Source: a virus (Duplodnaviria; Heunggongvirae; Uroviricota; Caudoviricetes). Taken from it: a stretch of DNA of 10,730 nucleotides. Below the pieces are notes generated by a model that searched no databases, was not told the DNA's origin, and was given only the letters and a program-made list of their open reading frames with translations. The stretch lies in the IMG/VR virus record IMGVR_UViG_2703718851_000007; one strand, 5' to 3'. Shown piece after piece: positions 7,384 through 10,730 of this stretch; position 1 is the first letter of the stretch; every line of letters starts with the position of its first letter. Made by a program: the position numbers and the translations under genes.

Positions 7384-7420
7384 ACTAAGTCTCAGTTATA
7401 CAATTCGGCTGAGACTTAGT
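7384..7420. repeat. Perfect 12-bp inverted repeat (hairpin) between convergent umuC and the KAP NTPase gene
   Basis: ACTAAGTCTCAG (7384-7395), 13-nt loop, CTGAGACTTAGT (7409-7420). Lies at the GC-content transition; not followed by a clean U-tract on either strand. Confidence 0.5.
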
Positions 7421-7428
7421 ATGCCAAT

Positions 7429-9177
7429 TTATAGGCAAGAAATTGCGTGTCTTACTGTATTGTTTAAATCATATATCGCGCCATATTTAAAACTTTCTTG
7501 CTTACCTATGAAATAAATGTCAAGTTTTTGATTGAGGTATATAAGGCGCTGCTTTTCATTTGTGGCAAACTGAGATATGTTACTAATTCTATAATTACTT
7601 CTTAAAAAAGCGTTGAATTGCTCTATATCTTTAATGCTCCATTCTTTTAAAATGCACTTGGTCAAAAATGGTGCGCCAAGTACTTCTAGCGTTTTATAGT
7701 TTCCCATGGGATCTAATTTGAGTAATAAGTTAACATCAAATAAAGCCCAACCATCAGTTTCAATAATTTCCTTAATTGTCTTTAAGTTTTTTCTCTTTTC
7801 AATATTATTATGACGGCCTGATAATATTGAAAATATAAGTTTCCCATCATCAAAGCCACTAGTCCAACTACTGATTGGATTGTTGTTATGAAATTCAAAG
7901 TAAGTAATAATGTCCTCGTCACTAAATTCGAGTGATTTAGAACTCATGAACTGCAATGTTAGTAATGATGATTTTGGAAGATATTTATGATAAGTCAAAT
8001 ATTCATAGTTCTGAACCGCCCTAAGCCATTGGTGCAAATCACATGGTATTGTTCTAGAAATTAAACCAATAATCGTGGGGAAAAATTCTTTTTCATCTGT
8101 CTCCTGTAGTTCTGGTCGAGTTGAAACTGCAATATCAATTGTACTTAAAGGTGTTGGCACATAAAAAACATCGTCCAATATATCATAAAGAGAAACATGA
8201 CCACTGTAGTAATTTTTAAGGTGAATATTAATTTTATAATTGTGTAATGTAGACAAAAGTCTCGGTTCATGTGGATTTTCATCGCTGCTGGAATTTTGGG
8301 GTGGGATATGCTGGATGCTGTCAATGATCAGTTCGTCCATGGATTTGTTATGGATAAATAACAAGATAAAATATGACAAAATTGAGCTTAGTATGGTTTT
8401 AGAGGCGATTTTCCACTCTAGTTCAGGGTGGTTTTCTGCGTGTAAATATAATGGAAGTGCAGTATTTAAACACCTCATTAAAATTCTTATGTTAACTATG
8501 TTATGGTATGATATTATTTCTTCGAAAATCATTTTGTCTTCAGTGGGGAAGTACTGTAGTTTTTCTTCAATTATTCTCATATCTAATATGTCGCGAGGGT
8601 TTGGGTTGTAATGAAGTGAATCAGAAATAATTTTTTCTTTATGTTCTAATGACAGGTGGGATTCGGCAGATGTATTAGATATAACAATAAAATCCAAACT
8701 AGAGATTTTTGAGGTTGAATATAACGAATGACAATAAGTTAGTATTTCATTGGCCAGTGAGGGAGTGCTTAATCGCTCAATGTCATCTAATATAAATATG
8801 CCACTGAGTTTGGAGAGTATGTTCTCTCTTACACTTGAACCAATGGAACTGAACACACCATTAAGCACATTGGCACTAGCGGGAGAACCACTGCTTACAC
8901 TACCCAAACCAGAAATAGTATCTAACCCAGACTTAAGAGTGTCTATATCTTGAAGATAGTAGCAGTCAATAATCTTTGCTTTGAAATCTGCAAGAGACTT
9001 AACGCCTAGTAATGAAATATAATAAAACACATTAAGATCATAAAAACGAGGAAATACATTTTTAATAAAAAAAGTTTTACCTGTTCCCCATTTTCCATCA
9101 ATAAAAATAAGTCCATCTCTTTCGGATTGTAGAAGATGAACTATTTTTACAATCAAATTGCTATTAGAGTTTTCCAT
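7429..9177 (-). CDS. KAP-family P-loop NTPase (582 aa), AT-rich, horizontally acquired
   Basis: Walker A FIDGKWGTGKTFF at residues about 25-37. Walker B with the KAP-type Asp-Asp...Arg signature GIFILDDIERL about 90 residues later. An internal hydrophobic segment (TILSSILSYFILLFIH) is consistent with the membrane insertions described for KAP NTPases. Codon usage is dominated by AAT/ATT/TTT/AAA; GC is roughly 30% by eye versus about 50% for the flanking umuC. Confidence 0.65.
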   Translation of the reverse strand: MENSNSNLIVKIVHLLQSERDGLIFIDGKWGTGKTFFIKNVFPRFYDLNVFYYISLLGVKSLADFKAKIIDCYYLQDIDTLKSGLDTISGLGSVSSGSPASANVLNGVFSSIGSSVRENILSKLSGIFILDDIERLSTPSLANEILTYCHSLYSTSKISSLDFIVISNTSAESHLSLEHKEKIISDSLHYNPNPRDILDMRIIEEKLQYFPTEDKMIFEEIISYHNIVNIRILMRCLNTALPLYLHAENHPELEWKIASKTILSSILSYFILLFIHNKSMDELIIDSIQHIPPQNSSSDENPHEPRLLSTLHNYKINIHLKNYYSGHVSLYDILDDVFYVPTPLSTIDIAVSTRPELQETDEKEFFPTIIGLISRTIPCDLHQWLRAVQNYEYLTYHKYLPKSSLLTLQFMSSKSLEFSDEDIITYFEFHNNNPISSWTSGFDDGKLIFSILSGRHNNIEKRKNLKTIKEIIETDGWALFDVNLLLKLDPMGNYKTLEVLGAPFLTKCILKEWSIKDIEQFNAFLRSNYRISNISQFATNEKQRLIYLNQKLDIYFIGKQESFKYGAIYDLNNTVRHAISCL

Positions 9178-9254
9178 TATAATTGTTATCCTAATTTAAA
9201 GAGGTGTAAATAAAGCATGAAATAGTATAATGCTAATTTGAGGTAAAAACATTA

Positions 9255-9890
9255 TTATTCAATTGAAACAATAAGATATTCACCTTGATTTTTCGCATTA
9301 CCCATCGCTCGCGTAACTGCATGCCAGATAAACTTGTCAGCTTGCACGGCACCGTAGTCGGTAATCGCTTCTGCTTCCTTGCCTCGGCGTCTTGGCGCAT
9401 CCCATTCCCGGGCTGCCTCCGGTGACAATACAAGTGGCTGTCGGTCGTGTATATCAACCAAGCCTTCATCGGCCGCAGACGTCACTATTAAAAAACCTTC
9501 GGCCTCGTCACTACGTTCGAAGGGGCGCTGCCGATTGCCGCCATGAATATTGGCTACCCATCAGTTCGGTGAATGAAGTAGGGTTGTTTTTTTGCTATCT
9601 TCGGTCTTGTCGAGTAGGGCACCGAAGTTACCTTCAACGCCCCCTCTAAGAACCGTGCGTGAGAGTTTCCAGCTCACACGGCTCAAGCCTTATCAAACAC
9701 CACTGTGAAATGATGCGGCAGGTGCAGTCAGACGCGTGGTCCGGGATCGGATATAATCTGTCCAATCCGTGTCATATGGATTAAGTGCAGATGCGACGAG
9801 TCTGTGACGGACAATTTTGACGCTCTGAGCGTGAACCAGCCTCAGTATTGTAACTTTCCCCGTATCAGTGTCCCGATAAAGACCTGACAC
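9255..9890 (-). pseudogene. SRAP/YedK-like (DUF159, abasic-site processing protein) pseudogene, 5'-truncated with nonsense and frameshift lesions
   Basis: C-terminal ORF (9255-9485) reads ...AADEGLVDIHDRQPLVLSPEAAREW...GKEAEAI...FIWHAVTRAMGNAKNQGEYL, matching the YedK C-terminus (AADQGLVDIHDRRPLVLSPEAAREW...SWHPVSRAVGNVKNQGAEL). Upstream, a different frame gives KKQPYFIHRTDG-stop-PIFMAAIGS (YedK KKQPFFIYRADGQPIFMAAIGS: a Q codon is replaced by TAG), then a frameshift. Further upstream fragments (HLHL, GKVTIL) sit in two other frames. The N-terminal MCGR catalytic-Cys region is not present. Confidence 0.65.
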
Positions 9891-9896
9891 CCCATT

Positions 9897-10730
9897 TTAC
9901 TGCTGCCACCAAGCATATAGATCTAGACCTTTGGTAATTACACCTAAGAAAATCCCTAAAACTATTAATCCAGTCACTAATGGGTGTTCTTTGAGCCTCA
10001 TCGTTAACCAATATGGATGCCAGCTTCTTGGCCAAAACCATTTATTGTTAGTTTTGAGAGTACGATCATGAATCCGCTCAGCAATATTACAGAGTATGTC
10101 GACCTTTCGTAATGTAGACATTTCTAGCTCTCTATACTTACCTTTGACATATGCCTCGGCTTCCTCAGCGCCGGCTAAGACATCTTTATCAGCGATACCA
10201 TTTTTTTCAACAAGAGCTAACATTCTACCTGCACGGCCACTTTTGGCGGTATGCCCAATATAGCTTCGTCCATATATAGAAACGGCAGCTCTCGCTAAAT
10301 CGAGTTTTCTGTCATCAGTAAGTATAAAGGGCTCGCCACCTAGGACTGAAAATCTATGCTGTAAGGCCTGAAATCCGTAATTGTTATCTCGCATGTTCCA
10401 ATGCAGAAATGTGCATTGTGCGTATCTTTTCAGGAATGTAAAGTAGTTATCTAATAGATGATGCTCAAGGATATCGAGATTTTTTTCATCTGAAACATCA
10501 AGACCTAATAATTCTGCGGATCTATTAAGAGCCCAATGATCTGTTTGCCCACTGCCTAAATTTCTGACAGCAATAGAGGTGATCCTTGTGGATTTACCGC
10601 CCACAGCATCATAAAAAGATTCACATGAATAATGGACAACGTAGCATTGATGCGCATTTGCAAAACATTTTTCGATAAAACCAATGTACTCGCTGCGATC
10701 TCTAATCTGTTGTTTGATGGAAGATGACAT
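9897..10730 (-). CDS. Hypothetical protein (277 aa) with a C-terminal transmembrane helix; function unknown
   Basis: ATG is the last 3 nt of the window (10730-10728), so the true start cannot be confirmed; stop TAA at 9899-9897. C-terminus ...EHPLVTGLIVLGIFLGVITKGLDLYAWWQQ contains a roughly 19-residue hydrophobic helix. GC is lower than the host-like segments (about 40% by eye). No recognisable catalytic motif by eye. Confidence 0.5.
   Translation of the reverse strand: MSSSIKQQIRDRSEYIGFIEKCFANAHQCYVVHYSCESFYDAVGGKSTRITSIAVRNLGSGQTDHWALNRSAELLGLDVSDEKNLDILEHHLLDNYFTFLKRYAQCTFLHWNMRDNNYGFQALQHRFSVLGGEPFILTDDRKLDLARAAVSIYGRSYIGHTAKSGRAGRMLALVEKNGIADKDVLAGAEEAEAYVKGKYRELEMSTLRKVDILCNIAERIHDRTLKTNNKWFWPRSWHPYWLTMRLKEHPLVTGLIVLGIFLGVITKGLDLYAWWQQ

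Noticed and set aside
8240-8611. 123-aa plus-strand ORF inside the KAP NTPase gene
   Set aside because: Antisense to a long, motif-supported ORF in AT-rich DNA, where spurious ORFs are common; no RBS.
9392-9649. 85-aa plus-strand ORF
   Set aside because: Antisense to the SRAP/YedK-like pseudogene, whose minus-strand translation has clear homology; no independent support.

Overview
Enterobacterial (E. coli/Salmonella-like) chromosomal segment with a mosaic, accessory character. All calls come from reading the translations and DNA by eye; no database search was run. Left to right: (1) a small complete minus-strand gene with a perfect AGGAGG ribosome-binding site; (2) a heavily deleted lambdoid/Mu-like prophage remnant: a 5'-truncated tyrosine integrase head-to-head with a 5'-truncated replication-initiator gene that still carries its iteron array, then a translationally coupled string (PerC-like regulator, a LexA DNA-binding-domain-only protein, a RusA::baseplate-W chimera, baseplate J, a YmfQ-like tail protein) and a tail-fibre::DNA-invertase fusion; (3) an intact umuDC translesion-polymerase operon behind a LexA box; (4) a strongly AT-rich single-gene insertion encoding a 582-aa KAP-family P-loop NTPase, convergent with umuC; (5) a multiply disrupted SRAP/YedK-like pseudogene; (6) a lower-GC 277-aa protein of unknown function with a C-terminal transmembrane helix. 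The best candidate for an undescribed system is the AT-rich KAP NTPase gene, possibly with the membrane-anchored 277-aa protein. The stand-alone LexA-DBD protein upstream of SOS-regulated umuDC is a second lead.
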